A stretch of DNA of 64,000 nucleotides from Bdellovibrionales bacterium (GTDB lineage Bacteria; Bdellovibrionota; Bdellovibrionia; Bdellovibrionales; CAYMLA01): the NCBI GenBank assembly GCA_965217115.1, contig OZ244239.1:1376001-1440000 (forward strand). Reading direction: 5' to 3'. Shown here in pieces: positions 50,595-60,243 of this stretch. Numbering within the stretch: position 1 is the stretch's first letter; each line of letters opens with the position of its first letter. Position numbers and translations under genes: made by a program. The notes under the pieces are model-generated. The model made no database searches. It was not told the origin of the DNA and was given only the letters and a program-made list of their open reading frames with translations.

Positions 50595-50738
50595 TTTTCT
50601 ATCCTTGTTAAACTGGTTCTTCTGTTTTTAGAGATGATACCTATCTTATTACAAGAGTGCATTATAACAGGAGAAAGAGGGTGACGTGTAAAAAATAATG
50701 GGTTCATAACATTTTTACAAAAAATGGGTCATTAAGAC

Positions 50739-50768
50739 AAAAAAAGGCACCTCTGTGTGAGGCGCCTC
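50739..50768 (-). terminator. Rho-independent terminator
   Basis: Minus strand GAGGCGCCTC-ACACA-GAGGTGCCTT followed by TTTTT. Confidence 0.78.
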
Positions 50769-50796
50769 TAGTTCTTCTAAGAATATGAATTCTTAA

Positions 50797-51840
50797 TTAT
50801 TGAAGAAGGGTCTGCTGACTGTTACCAACTACTTGAAATTTGTAAATCATGTTCAGCATCCAAGCCGTGTCGCTTTCATCATCAGCATCTACAGTTCTAC
50901 GAAGACCAGGAGCAATAACGATGTTCTTGTTAATGCTAATTTTGTACTCAAGAGTAAGTTCGCTTTGTATGTCCTTTTCGACATCTTCGTCATCGGCGGC
51001 ATCGGCGGCATCGGCGGCATCTTCGGCGTCATCGTCTTTGTTAATTGAAGTGTACTCAGCAACAAACTCACCTTTTTCACCAAGAAGAGACATTTTCTTC
51101 GCAGCGCTAATGATGAATGCAAAGTCAGCTTCAGGAAAATCAGGATTATCAGTCAACCAAAGACCTTCAGCACCAAGTGTCCATCCGCTCATACTGTAAG
51201 TAACACCAGCAACTACACGACTTTCTTCTTCAGCGTCATTGTCACCATTTCCTTTGCTCACATAAGTAACATATACTTTTGCATTAGAAGTAATGTCTTT
51301 TCCTGCAGAAATAGAAAGGCCATCAAATTGACCTATGCGTGAATCATCGTCATCAGTTGCAACTTTACCAGTTTCAAAAGCTGAAGCGCTAAGTTTTAGC
51401 CCTAAAATTTGCTCTTGGTTAAGTTTAACAGTTACAGCAACAGGATACCTTTCCGCTTTTAAGCCGTAAGCAAGAGTATCACGACTACCAGATAACTTAG
51501 ATTCTTTACCGAATTGAACAGCTTTCTTACCAAAAACGGCAGTAAACGTATCGTTACCGTGAAAAACTAGGTAAGCTTCTTCGATAAGATCCTTATATCT
51601 ATTATCGTCAGAAAAACCTTCTTTTTGAAGACCATTTTTTAGCTCAGCTTTAATAACGGCTTTGATTCCTTCAGATAATCTAACTGAGAACGAATGCTTA
51701 GAAGATCTTATAGATGAATCTTCTTCTGAAACACGAACTTGAGTTTCAGACTTGATGCTAACAGCACTAAGTCCAGCCATTGCAGTGTTCATGCTTAGGA
51801 CCGTGGCAGGAACCAAAGCAAGTTTTGTTAAATTTTTCAT
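50797..51840 (-). CDS. Putative outer-membrane beta-barrel / porin-like protein
   Basis: Signal peptide (AMA), AGGAGAG SD, beta-strand pattern; paralog of 49602-50594. Confidence 0.72.
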   Translation of the reverse strand: MKNLTKLALVPATVLSMNTAMAGLSAVSIKSETQVRVSEEDSSIRSSKHSFSVRLSEGIKAVIKAELKNGLQKEGFSDDNRYKDLIEEAYLVFHGNDTFTAVFGKKAVQFGKESKLSGSRDTLAYGLKAERYPVAVTVKLNQEQILGLKLSASAFETGKVATDDDDSRIGQFDGLSISAGKDITSNAKVYVTYVSKGNGDNDAEEESRVVAGVTYSMSGWTLGAEGLWLTDNPDFPEADFAFIISAAKKMSLLGEKGEFVAEYTSINKDDDAEDAADAADAADDEDVEKDIQSELTLEYKISINKNIVIAPGLRRTVDADDESDTAWMLNMIYKFQVVGNSQQTLLQ

Positions 51841-51963
51841 ATCTCTCTCTCCTTATAGTTTGTGGACTCACCGCCTCAATAAATTGGGGAAGGCAGGGCA
51901 TCCAAAATTTAGTTAACTCACCTGAAAAGAACTTCAAATGAGCGATAGTATTCTTGCCCATAA

Positions 51964-51979
51964 TCCAAGAAGAGTGCCA
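51964..51979 (-). promoter_or_regulatory. Sigma54-like -24/-12 promoter (imperfect -12)
   Basis: Minus strand TGGCAC-TCTTC-TTGGA upstream of 51840. Confidence 0.42.
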
Positions 51980-52435
51980 CAATGCAAGACAATCACAAGC
52001 TGTTGAAATTACTAAGTTATTTTCACCATAAAGTAATTACAAAGAAAAGAGGAGACACAAGTGCTTAAAAATAGTTGGGGGAGGCGGGAGGAGAAGTGTA
52101 TAAATTTGTAAAATCACGACGCAGAGCGCCTTATTTTGATTCACCAAAAACCGCAAATATTATAAAAACAATAAAAAACAGGAATTTAGACTATTCTTCG
52201 AAATACTTGGAGGCGTGAAGAAGGTCTTTAAGGTGGCTCTTAGATCAACCCTGAACGTCCTGTGGCGAGAATTTTTAGGGGGATTATACTGTAAACAACT
52301 AATCTTACTTATCAAAGTATCCTCCTTGTAAGTGTTACAGTTGAGCTTGTAAAAGAAGATGAAACTGACTATATATATGGGGCTTGCTCGGCAGGTGTTG
52401 CTCGAATCATTTTTGTTATCCTCTAGGAGGTTTTA

Positions 52436-52960
52436 TTGAAATTCCAAACGATTGAAGAGCTGGAAAAATTAATAATTGATGTCCCTGATTTCCCTAAAAA
52501 AGGAGTGCTTTTTAAAGATATAACTCCTTTATTGGAGCATGGAGAGGCTTTTAAGGGGTTAACAAAAATATTTGCAGATAGTTTAAATATGGATTTTGAT
52601 AAAATTGTGGCTATTGACGCCCGCGGCTTTTTATTGGGAGCAGCGTTGGCTAATCACATGGGCAAGGGCTTAGTTCTTGTGCGTAAACCAGGTAAATTGC
52701 CTCGGGAGGCGATTTCGGCTTCCTATGCGTTGGAGTATGGAGAAGACTCCTTAGAGATACACAAGGCTTCTTTGAAGCCAGGTGAGAGAGTCATTATTAT
52801 TGATGATGTTTTGGCAACAGGGGGAACTGCTGCTGCGGTAGAGACCCTTTGTTCTCAATTAGGAGCGGAGATTAAAGGCTTTAGATTTTTGATGGAGATC
52901 TCTTTTTTAGAAGGAGCTAAAAAAATTAAATCTTCCCATCAGAGTTTAATGGAAGTTTAA
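52436..52960 (+). CDS. apt: Adenine phosphoribosyltransferase
   Basis: PDFPKKGVLFKDITPLL, RKPGKLP, IIDDVLATGGT. Confidence 0.96.
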   Translation: MKFQTIEELEKLIIDVPDFPKKGVLFKDITPLLEHGEAFKGLTKIFADSLNMDFDKIVAIDARGFLLGAALANHMGKGLVLVRKPGKLPREAISASYALEYGEDSLEIHKASLKPGERVIIIDDVLATGGTAAAVETLCSQLGAEIKGFRFLMEISFLEGAKKIKSSHQSLMEV

Positions 52961-53004
52961 AACAGGCTTAAACGGTCATTCATCACAGATTAAAAAAATA
53001 AAAT

Positions 53005-53220
53005 TTAATTAATAGTGTGTTTTGTTGAACGCACACGAATACAGCAATTTGCACAGTTGGCCTCTTCAGTGGCTTCATTTTCTTTTGCAGAAATAGAGTG
53101 TTTGAGCTCTAATTCAGACCCACATAAAATACAATGGTTGTGGTTTTCTAGAAAATCTTTTTGCACAAAGTTATTATCGGTAGCTTCAGTTGTAAGTATT
53201 TTTGTTTTTTCTATAGCCAT
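53005..53220 (-). CDS. Small zinc-ribbon-like hypothetical protein
   Basis: CILC ... CANC motifs in 71 aa. Confidence 0.6.
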   Translation of the reverse strand: MAIEKTKILTTEATDNNFVQKDFLENHNHCILCGSELELKHSISAKENEATEEANCANCCIRVRSTKHTIN

Positions 53221-53339
53221 AGTATTAGTTTAAGGAAAAAAGTGATAAAAAAAAAGGAAATAGAATAATGTTTTTACTTAGGTCTTATAGGTGTAGGGTA
53301 AAAGAGTGTATTTAGTATAAAAACTTTTAGGAGAACTAT

Positions 53340-55085
53340 ATGGAGGCAAGCCATAGGTCTATCAATCTAAGGATAGGTAGACTTAAAGATAGGAATAAAC
53401 GTGTACAAGAAAAGTTAGGCAAAGTAAAAAATATCCGTTTAATGATAACATTGACATTTATTTTTTTGGTGTTTATGTGCGCATTGTATCCGCAGTGGCG
53501 TGTTGAGCTTTATCTTTTTCTTGTTTATACGTTCGTATTTATTTATCTTTTTGTCAAAACTCAGCGACTGAGTGTTTTTTTAAAAAGGTCTGCGCATTTA
53601 GAGGAATTTTATAAACGTCAGTGGCAAAGATCACAGGGAAGCCCGGTGGCGTCTTATGTAAAGAATGAGAGAGGTTTTTCTGTAGAGAAAGATGACTTAA
53701 ATATATTTGGAGAGTTTTCTGTTTTTAATCTGTTAGATGAAACTTTTTCGAATGAAGGGCGAGATGTCTTGACTCGTCTTCTGCGTGAGCCAGGAAGTTT
53801 CTTTGACACGATAGAGGAGAGGCAGAAAAAAATAAAAAGCATGGGAGAGAATCGATGGGCTTGGTATCGTTTTCTGCAGGAAGGGGGATTAAGTAAGGAA
53901 AGAATGTGTTTTCAAGAATCACTTGATTTTATGAAAATGGAAAAAGATTCTTCGTACAAAAAGAACATTATTTGGCAATCATTGTTATGGGGTTCATGGG
54001 TTTCTAGTGTAGTTCTTTTTCCTCAGGTGTCGGGGTGGTTGTGGGGAATCTATTTTGTCTTTATTTTTACAAAATCCCATCTTGCTATGAGTTCTTTTAG
54101 TCGAGGAGAATCATTGATTGCTCAATTAAGAGCAGTTCGACCTGTGTTTAAATGGTTAGAGAATGATAAAAACAGAGGAGTCATTGAAAAAATAGAGACC
54201 TCTTTAATAGGATTAAAGGTTCATGGGCAGATAAAGAAATTGGAGAGGAGCTTATCTTTTTTATCTATCCAAGCCAATCCATTGGTGTTTATCTTAGTGA
54301 ATAGCCTTTTTCCTTGGAGTTCGTTGTTTTCTTTTCTTGTAGAAGAGCAGAAAACCCCTCTATTTAATAAGCTAGATAAGGTGTTTGATAAAATTGCTTA
54401 TTTAGAGGCGTTGAGTTCTCTGTCGACTTTGTGGGCCTATCAGACAAAAGTTTTTCCTCAGAGGGCAGAGGAAAAAATATTATCTCTTGAAGGGGTTTAC
54501 CATCCTTTATTACCAAGGGATGAGGTGGTTAAGAATTCTGTGTCTTTGTCTAAGGACAAGGTGATTCTTTTAACGGGTTCTAATATGGCGGGTAAATCCA
54601 CGTTTTTACGAACGATTGGGATTAATCAAGCTCTGTTTTTAGCTGGCGCTCCTGTCTTTGCTGAAAAAATGCAGGCATGGCCTTTTCCTCTGCTCTCGTG
54701 TCTTGAAGTTTCAGACTCGGTGAGAGATGGGCTGTCTTATTTTCATGCTGAGGTGTTACACTTAAAAAAACTTCTTGGAAAAGCAAAGACAGAGCCTCAT
54801 TTGTATTTTATTGATGAGATTTATAGGGGGACAAATAATAAAGAAAGATTTCGAGGAAGTTATGCTCTTATTTCTGAATTGGCGAAGACATCTAGTTTGG
54901 GTTTTGTTTCCACCCATGATTTAGAGTTAGCCTCTTTGGAGAAAGAGGGCAGTCAAATTGTAAATTATCATTTTTCAGATCATTTTGAGAATGAAGAAAT
55001 GAGGTTTTCCTATCGCCTAAAAAAAGGTCTTTGTGTGAGTACGAATGCTTTAAAAATTATGGCGTCCCATGGATTACCAGTATAA
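53340..55085 (+). CDS. Membrane-anchored MutS-related ATPase (MutS domain V only)
   Basis: N-terminal TMs, YHPLL, TGSNMAGKSTFLR, SYFHAE, IDEIYRGTN, STHD. Confidence 0.88.
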   Translation: MEASHRSINLRIGRLKDRNKRVQEKLGKVKNIRLMITLTFIFLVFMCALYPQWRVELYLFLVYTFVFIYLFVKTQRLSVFLKRSAHLEEFYKRQWQRSQGSPVASYVKNERGFSVEKDDLNIFGEFSVFNLLDETFSNEGRDVLTRLLREPGSFFDTIEERQKKIKSMGENRWAWYRFLQEGGLSKERMCFQESLDFMKMEKDSSYKKNIIWQSLLWGSWVSSVVLFPQVSGWLWGIYFVFIFTKSHLAMSSFSRGESLIAQLRAVRPVFKWLENDKNRGVIEKIETSLIGLKVHGQIKKLERSLSFLSIQANPLVFILVNSLFPWSSLFSFLVEEQKTPLFNKLDKVFDKIAYLEALSSLSTLWAYQTKVFPQRAEEKILSLEGVYHPLLPRDEVVKNSVSLSKDKVILLTGSNMAGKSTFLRTIGINQALFLAGAPVFAEKMQAWPFPLLSCLEVSDSVRDGLSYFHAEVLHLKKLLGKAKTEPHLYFIDEIYRGTNNKERFRGSYALISELAKTSSLGFVSTHDLELASLEKEGSQIVNYHFSDHFENEEMRFSYRLKKGLCVSTNALKIMASHGLPV

Positions 55086-55104
55086 ATTAAGGAAAAGTTT
55101 CTCC

Positions 55105-55716
55105 TTAGGGAAACAGCAGTTGTTCAGCCCATTGATTATTTGTGAGGGAGAATGAAATTCTCTCGTGAAGTCTAAATGGTTTTTCGCTCCAAAATTCAAA
55201 ATAATGAGGTTCGATAAGAAAACCTGACCAGAAAGAGGGTCGAGGTATTTTTTTATTTGAAAATTTATCGGTAATTTCTTTGACCTTCTTTTCAAGTGAT
55301 TCTGTTGATTCAAGAGGAGCAGATTGATATGAAGCCCAAGCTCCTATCTGACTTTCCCGTGGACGTGAAGCAAAGTATTCATCGGCTTCTTGGTTTGAAA
55401 CAGGGTGAGCAACTCCCTGTATGCGTACTTGTCGACAGAGAGTTTTCCAATAAAAACAGAGAGCTGTTTGGGGGTGTTGGATAAGGTCTTGGCTTTTGTG
55501 GGAGTTCATATTGGTGAAAAAAACAAAGCCCTTCTTCTGTTCAGCTAAACCATCTTTGAAGTGAGTTTTTTTAAGCAAAACAACACGGCTAGAGGGGTGA
55601 CCATTCTTATTAACTGAGGAGAGAGTCATAGCCTCAGGAAAACTAGGTTCTTTTTCCTGGGCGTCTCTAAACCAATCTTGAAATAAAATAAAAGGTTTTT
55701 CCAGTGTTTTCTCCAA
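55105..55716 (-). CDS. pdxH: Pyridoxamine 5'-phosphate oxidase
   Basis: PSSRVVLLK, RQVRIQG, YFASRPRESQIGAWAS, EFW....RLHER. Confidence 0.95.
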   Translation of the reverse strand: MEKTLEKPFILFQDWFRDAQEKEPSFPEAMTLSSVNKNGHPSSRVVLLKKTHFKDGLAEQKKGFVFFTNMNSHKSQDLIQHPQTALCFYWKTLCRQVRIQGVAHPVSNQEADEYFASRPRESQIGAWASYQSAPLESTESLEKKVKEITDKFSNKKIPRPSFWSGFLIEPHYFEFWSEKPFRLHERISFSLTNNQWAEQLLFP

Positions 55717-55992
55717 ATTATTTATTTACGTATTTTTGTTTATCAGAAAAAAACGGAAAGGCAATAAAATAAGGTCTTATGTCTTGATTAGGGCGAAGTT
55801 TGTCGCTAGAGAGAGTTTTTGTTGATGAGTTGAGACAAGGAGAAGGGTCTCTCCCTGTTTTTCCACAAAGATTCTTGCCCATAGGCGTAAAATAGAATTA
55901 CAGTCGTCTGTAGTTTTTAAGGTATTTGCTTCAACAGAGCAGGTATAGAGAAACGAGTGTGAAATTGGGGTAGATAAGACTGGAGAGGTGAT

Positions 55993-57069
55993 GTGAATAA
56001 GGGAGAGAAATTGTTGGATCGAGTTGAATTTCTTGAAAAAATGCCCGCGAGTTCTTGCTATAAAGAGGGAAGCGTTTTGATTTTTGATAGAAAGCTGTTG
56101 ACGATATCTCCAAAGTTAAAAAAATGGATCGAATCTTTTTCTCTTAGATATGGAGTCGTTGCGGGGGAAGAGCTCAAAGCTGTGGAAAACCTTGGGAGTC
56201 ATGTTCAAAAAATATTGAAACTCGTTAAAAACATCTCCATTCAAAAAATAAAAATAATCTCATTGGGAGGAGGGTCTCTTGGAGATTTCTCAGGTTTTGT
56301 CGCGAGTGTCCTTAAAAGGGGAGTTCGATTGGAGCATATTCCGAGCACTTGGTTGGCAGCGATGGATTCTTCCCACGGAGGGAAGACGGCTTTAAATGTT
56401 GCAGGAATAAAGAATCAAATTGGGACGTTTTATCTAGCAGAGAGAGTTGTTATAGTAAAAGAGTTATTACAGTCTCAGCCTAAAAAATTAGAAAAAGAAG
56501 CGATGGGGGAGCTTGCAAAAATACTTTTAATTACTGAAGATTTATGGTTAGAGACTGCAGCAATGCCTCTATCACAGAAAGAGACTCTCTGGTATTTTCT
56601 AGATAAAGTGATTAAAGGTAAATACGATGTGGTTGAACAGGATTTTAAAGATGATCTTGGTTTGAGGCAAATTTTAAATTTCGGACACACCTTAGGGCAT
56701 GTTTTTGAGAGTTATTATCTCTGGTCCCACGGCAAAGCCATAGGACAAGGGTTGATCTTTGCCATTCAGTGGAGTGCGAGGCGACATTATTTATCTAAGA
56801 AAAAGGAACTAGAAATCCTAGAGATACTTGAGACACGTTTTAAAATATCAAATTTATCACCACAGGTCTGTCGTCAAACGAAAGAAATATCTATAAAGAA
56901 TTTTAATAAATTTATTTTAAGTGACAAAAAACTTTCTTCTCAAGGAAAAATAAATTTTATATTTCTTGAAGAAAAAAAAGAGAAAAGAACTCTCAATGGG
57001 TTAATTAAAAAAATAGATGTGAAGAATATCCTTAAAGAGGCGGCTATTCAAGGCTGGTTACGTCAGTGA
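55993..57069 (+). CDS. aroB: 3-dehydroquinate synthase
   Basis: GGGSLGD, PSTWLAAMDSSHGGKT, KNQIG, LNFGHTLGH, HG.AI. Confidence 0.9.
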   Translation: MNKGEKLLDRVEFLEKMPASSCYKEGSVLIFDRKLLTISPKLKKWIESFSLRYGVVAGEELKAVENLGSHVQKILKLVKNISIQKIKIISLGGGSLGDFSGFVASVLKRGVRLEHIPSTWLAAMDSSHGGKTALNVAGIKNQIGTFYLAERVVIVKELLQSQPKKLEKEAMGELAKILLITEDLWLETAAMPLSQKETLWYFLDKVIKGKYDVVEQDFKDDLGLRQILNFGHTLGHVFESYYLWSHGKAIGQGLIFAIQWSARRHYLSKKKELEILEILETRFKISNLSPQVCRQTKEISIKNFNKFILSDKKLSSQGKINFIFLEEKKEKRTLNGLIKKIDVKNILKEAAIQGWLRQ

Positions 57070-58316
57070 AAAAAGACAAAGAGGTGTTTTTTTATAGAGG
57101 AAAAATAGGTCCCTCAAAGTCTATTTATAACCGAGCGTTGATTGTAAAGTCATTTTACCCGCAATTAGAGATAGCCTCCCATTTTGATAAAGAATCCTCT
57201 AAGGAGGAGGGGCTCTGTCAAGACATTCAAGACATGAAAAATGCTTCTGAGTTAATAAATAAAAAAAATAACCTTGAAAGAAAAAATTTTTTTTGTGGAG
57301 AGGGGGGAACTGTTTTAAGGTTTTTGACCCTTCGTTTATCTAGAACTTCAGGTTGTTATAGAGTACTTGGAAGTGGTCGCTTGTTGTCTCGGCCCCATCA
57401 AGAGCTTCGAGAGATTTTATCTTTTTTTGATGTTCGATGTGAGGTGAGTGAGTTGGGTGTTGAGATAACAACAGATGGGTGGAGAGATCCCCAAAAAACC
57501 ATTGAGGTGGACTTGAGTCGATCCAGTCAATTTGCCAGTGGACTGTTGTTGTCTGCTTGGGAATTAGAGTTTGATTTGCAATTATGCTGGAAGGGGGAGC
57601 CTGTTTCCTATGGATATCTTAAGATGACCATAGAATTTCTTAAAAAATTAGGAATGGAGATCGTTGAAGAAAAAGGAGGTTTGAAGGTTCCCCGTGGACA
57701 GAGAATGAAAAAGAGTGGTGTTTTTGTTGAGGCAGACATGAGTAGCATATGGGCAGTGGCGGCTTTGGCAGCGTTGTGTGGAGAAGCCCATATTCAGGAA
57801 TTTGAATTTAAAAGCCTACAGCCTGATTTTCGATTCTTAAATATTCTACAAGAAATGGGAGTGAGGATTAAGGAATTAAAAGAAGAGAAACAATTATCGG
57901 TGTATAAGGCTCATTCTCTCACGGCTCTATCGATAAACTTAAAAAGTTGTCCTGACCTTTTTCCTGTTCTGTGTGTTTTATGTGCTTTTGCTAAAGGGGA
58001 GTCTTTTCTTTATGGAGCGACACAATTGAAACACAAGGAATCTTCACGCATTGAAAAAATGGGAGAGCTTTTATCTAAGGTGGGAATTACTTGTGATGTT
58101 CTAGACGATGGAATGAGGATAAATGGAATTGGTTCTTCTAGAGTCGATTTTAAAAAAAATAAAGAACGAATCGTTTTTGATTGTGATCAAGATCATCGCC
58201 TGGTTATGGCAGCAGGAATTTTAAAGAGATTAGGTTACCCGTTAGAGGTAAAAGGAGAGGAGGCTATCAATAAGAGTTTTCCAGGATTTCTTTCTCTATT
58301 AGGGGAAGCTGTGTAA
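57066..58316 (+). CDS. aroA: EPSP synthase
   Basis: SKSIYNRAL, GEGGTVLRF, SSQFASGLL, KESSRI, DHRL. Confidence 0.9.
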   Translation: MKKDKEVFFYRGKIGPSKSIYNRALIVKSFYPQLEIASHFDKESSKEEGLCQDIQDMKNASELINKKNNLERKNFFCGEGGTVLRFLTLRLSRTSGCYRVLGSGRLLSRPHQELREILSFFDVRCEVSELGVEITTDGWRDPQKTIEVDLSRSSQFASGLLLSAWELEFDLQLCWKGEPVSYGYLKMTIEFLKKLGMEIVEEKGGLKVPRGQRMKKSGVFVEADMSSIWAVAALAALCGEAHIQEFEFKSLQPDFRFLNILQEMGVRIKELKEEKQLSVYKAHSLTALSINLKSCPDLFPVLCVLCAFAKGESFLYGATQLKHKESSRIEKMGELLSKVGITCDVLDDGMRINGIGSSRVDFKKNKERIVFDCDQDHRLVMAAGILKRLGYPLEVKGEEAINKSFPGFLSLLGEAV

Positions 58317-58317
58317 T

Positions 58318-60243
58318 ATGCAAAAGCAAGAGAATGAAAATATTGAAAGTTTAAGTGAAGGAAAAATCATTGTCTTTGTAGGACATCGAGGGGTTGGTAA
58401 AACTTCTTTGGCTTTTGAGTTAGCAGAGAAGAAGGCTTTCCATGTTTTTGATTTAGACAAAGAGATCGAAAAAAAAACAGAGATGTCTATAAGAGGCTTT
58501 TTTGAAAAACACGGAGAAGAGGCTCTTCGTGTTTTAGAGAAAGAGATGTTTTTTGATTTAATTAAAAATATCGGAAAAACAGAGAAGGATCATATTCTCG
58601 TTTTAGGAGCGGGTTTTGAGTTTGAATTGCCTAAGAGTATCCCTGTATTTTGGATACAGAGAGAGACAGATAGGGTTGGGAGGGTGTTTCTTAATCGTCC
58701 ACGTTTAGAAAAAAAAATCTCTGCACTAGATGAATTCTTTAAAAGAAAGACTCTTAGAGATGAGAGATTTAATAAGATTTCTTCGCAAAGCATTGTTTTG
58801 GAGGAGGGAAAGAGCGAAAGGCAGATAGAAAATATTTTGTCTTTGTATTTTAGTTCCGAAGAGTTTTTTTCTGGACAGCTTTCTGGATATCTAACGGTTA
58901 AGAGCGAATGGTTTTATGAAGAAAAATTCTTTAAGAAAAAAGTTCAAATGCATTTAAATTGGGGAATTGATTTTTTTGAATTACGTGATGATCTTCTCAG
59001 TGAGGAACAGATAGGTTTTGCTTGTGAGGTCTTGCCTGCGGAGAAGATTTTGTTGAGCTGTCGCCGTGGTCGTTTTTATGAGGAACTGTTAGCTAGAGAT
59101 CGGTTGACGGGTCATGAATTGGATTGGGCTTTAGAATTAGGAGAGTTTTCAGAGGAATATCAGGGGGAGCCAACGGTATTGTCTCTCCACAGAATTAAAT
59201 CTAGTGAAAGTTTTAGCCAAGCACTGAGAAGATTAGAAAAAGCGGGAGAACGCTATCAGAAAGTACATTTAAAAGCTGCTCTGGTGACTGAGAATTGGGA
59301 AGACTTACAAGAGGGGCATTCGTGGTATTTAGAAAGCCCAAGTGATCGGAGTTTTTTGCCTTGCTCATCTGGTGGACGCTGGTTGTGGTATAGGCTTCTT
59401 TATGCTCAGAGAATGAAGATGAGTTTTATACGAGAGAGCATAAAAAAATTAATAAAGAATAAAGATGTCTTAGATCAGCCGACGGTTTTACAACGAGCGT
59501 CTTTTTGCCAATTAGGCATTGAACAGGAAAGAGAAGTGGAATTTGCAGCCGTTTTGGGGTCTCCAGTTAGTCAGAGTTTAACCCCTTCTGAGCAGAGAGA
59601 TTTTTTTGCAAGAAAGAAATACCCAGTACTAGCTATTGATTTAAAGGAAGACGAGTTAGAGATTTCCACTTTAAACTTCTTAAAGAAATTGGGTTTAAGG
59701 GCAGCAGCAGTGACAGCTCCGTTAAAGGGAAAGATGTTAAATTTTAGTGATGTAGATAATTTATCTAAAAAGGTTAAAGGTGTTAATACTCTTTGGTGGG
59801 GTGAAGAAAAAAATAAATGGATAGGCGTAAATACTGATTTAGAGGGGTTTAGGTTTCTTTGTCGAGAGGTTTCCGAGGGTATGAGTGTTCTTGTGTGGGG
59901 AGGGGGAGGAACTTTAGGAATGATGCAAGAGGTTTTTATCCATGCGGATTTTGCATCTTTAAGAACGGGGAAGTTAAGGAATGGAAAAGAATTGAAACCT
60001 TACTATGATATTGTTATTTGGGCTTCGGGATCACAACAGGGTTGTTTTCCTGAATTGTCAAAAAACCCTGAACTGGTGATTGATTTGAGTTATGCAGAAA
60101 ACTCGTTAGGGCGTGAATTTTGTTTGCAATGGAATCCTCCCTTACCCTATCGTTCGGGAATGGAGATGTTTTTAAAGCAAGCCGAAGAACAAAGAAATTA
60201 TTGGAGTCGTCAGGGCTTTGAAGGGAAGGAAAATGTTAGGTAA
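58318..60243 (+). CDS. Fused shikimate kinase / putative type I dehydroquinase / shikimate dehydrogenase
   Basis: N-terminal GHRGVGKTS, DLDKEIE, GEEALR (AroK). Middle FELRDD, LSCR, LSLH, LKAA (AroD-I-like). C-terminal G.PVSQSLTP, VTAPLK, NT, NTD..G, G.GG, DLSY, G.EM...QA (AroE). Confidence 0.8.
   Translation: MQKQENENIESLSEGKIIVFVGHRGVGKTSLAFELAEKKAFHVFDLDKEIEKKTEMSIRGFFEKHGEEALRVLEKEMFFDLIKNIGKTEKDHILVLGAGFEFELPKSIPVFWIQRETDRVGRVFLNRPRLEKKISALDEFFKRKTLRDERFNKISSQSIVLEEGKSERQIENILSLYFSSEEFFSGQLSGYLTVKSEWFYEEKFFKKKVQMHLNWGIDFFELRDDLLSEEQIGFACEVLPAEKILLSCRRGRFYEELLARDRLTGHELDWALELGEFSEEYQGEPTVLSLHRIKSSESFSQALRRLEKAGERYQKVHLKAALVTENWEDLQEGHSWYLESPSDRSFLPCSSGGRWLWYRLLYAQRMKMSFIRESIKKLIKNKDVLDQPTVLQRASFCQLGIEQEREVEFAAVLGSPVSQSLTPSEQRDFFARKKYPVLAIDLKEDELEISTLNFLKKLGLRAAAVTAPLKGKMLNFSDVDNLSKKVKGVNTLWWGEEKNKWIGVNTDLEGFRFLCREVSEGMSVLVWGGGGTLGMMQEVFIHADFASLRTGKLRNGKELKPYYDIVIWASGSQQGCFPELSKNPELVIDLSYAENSLGREFCLQWNPPLPYRSGMEMFLKQAEEQRNYWSRQGFEGKENVR

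Noticed and set aside
51845..51910. Riboswitch in the leader of the porin-like gene
   Set aside because: A GC-richer patch, but no recognisable aptamer consensus such as c-di-GMP GEMM.
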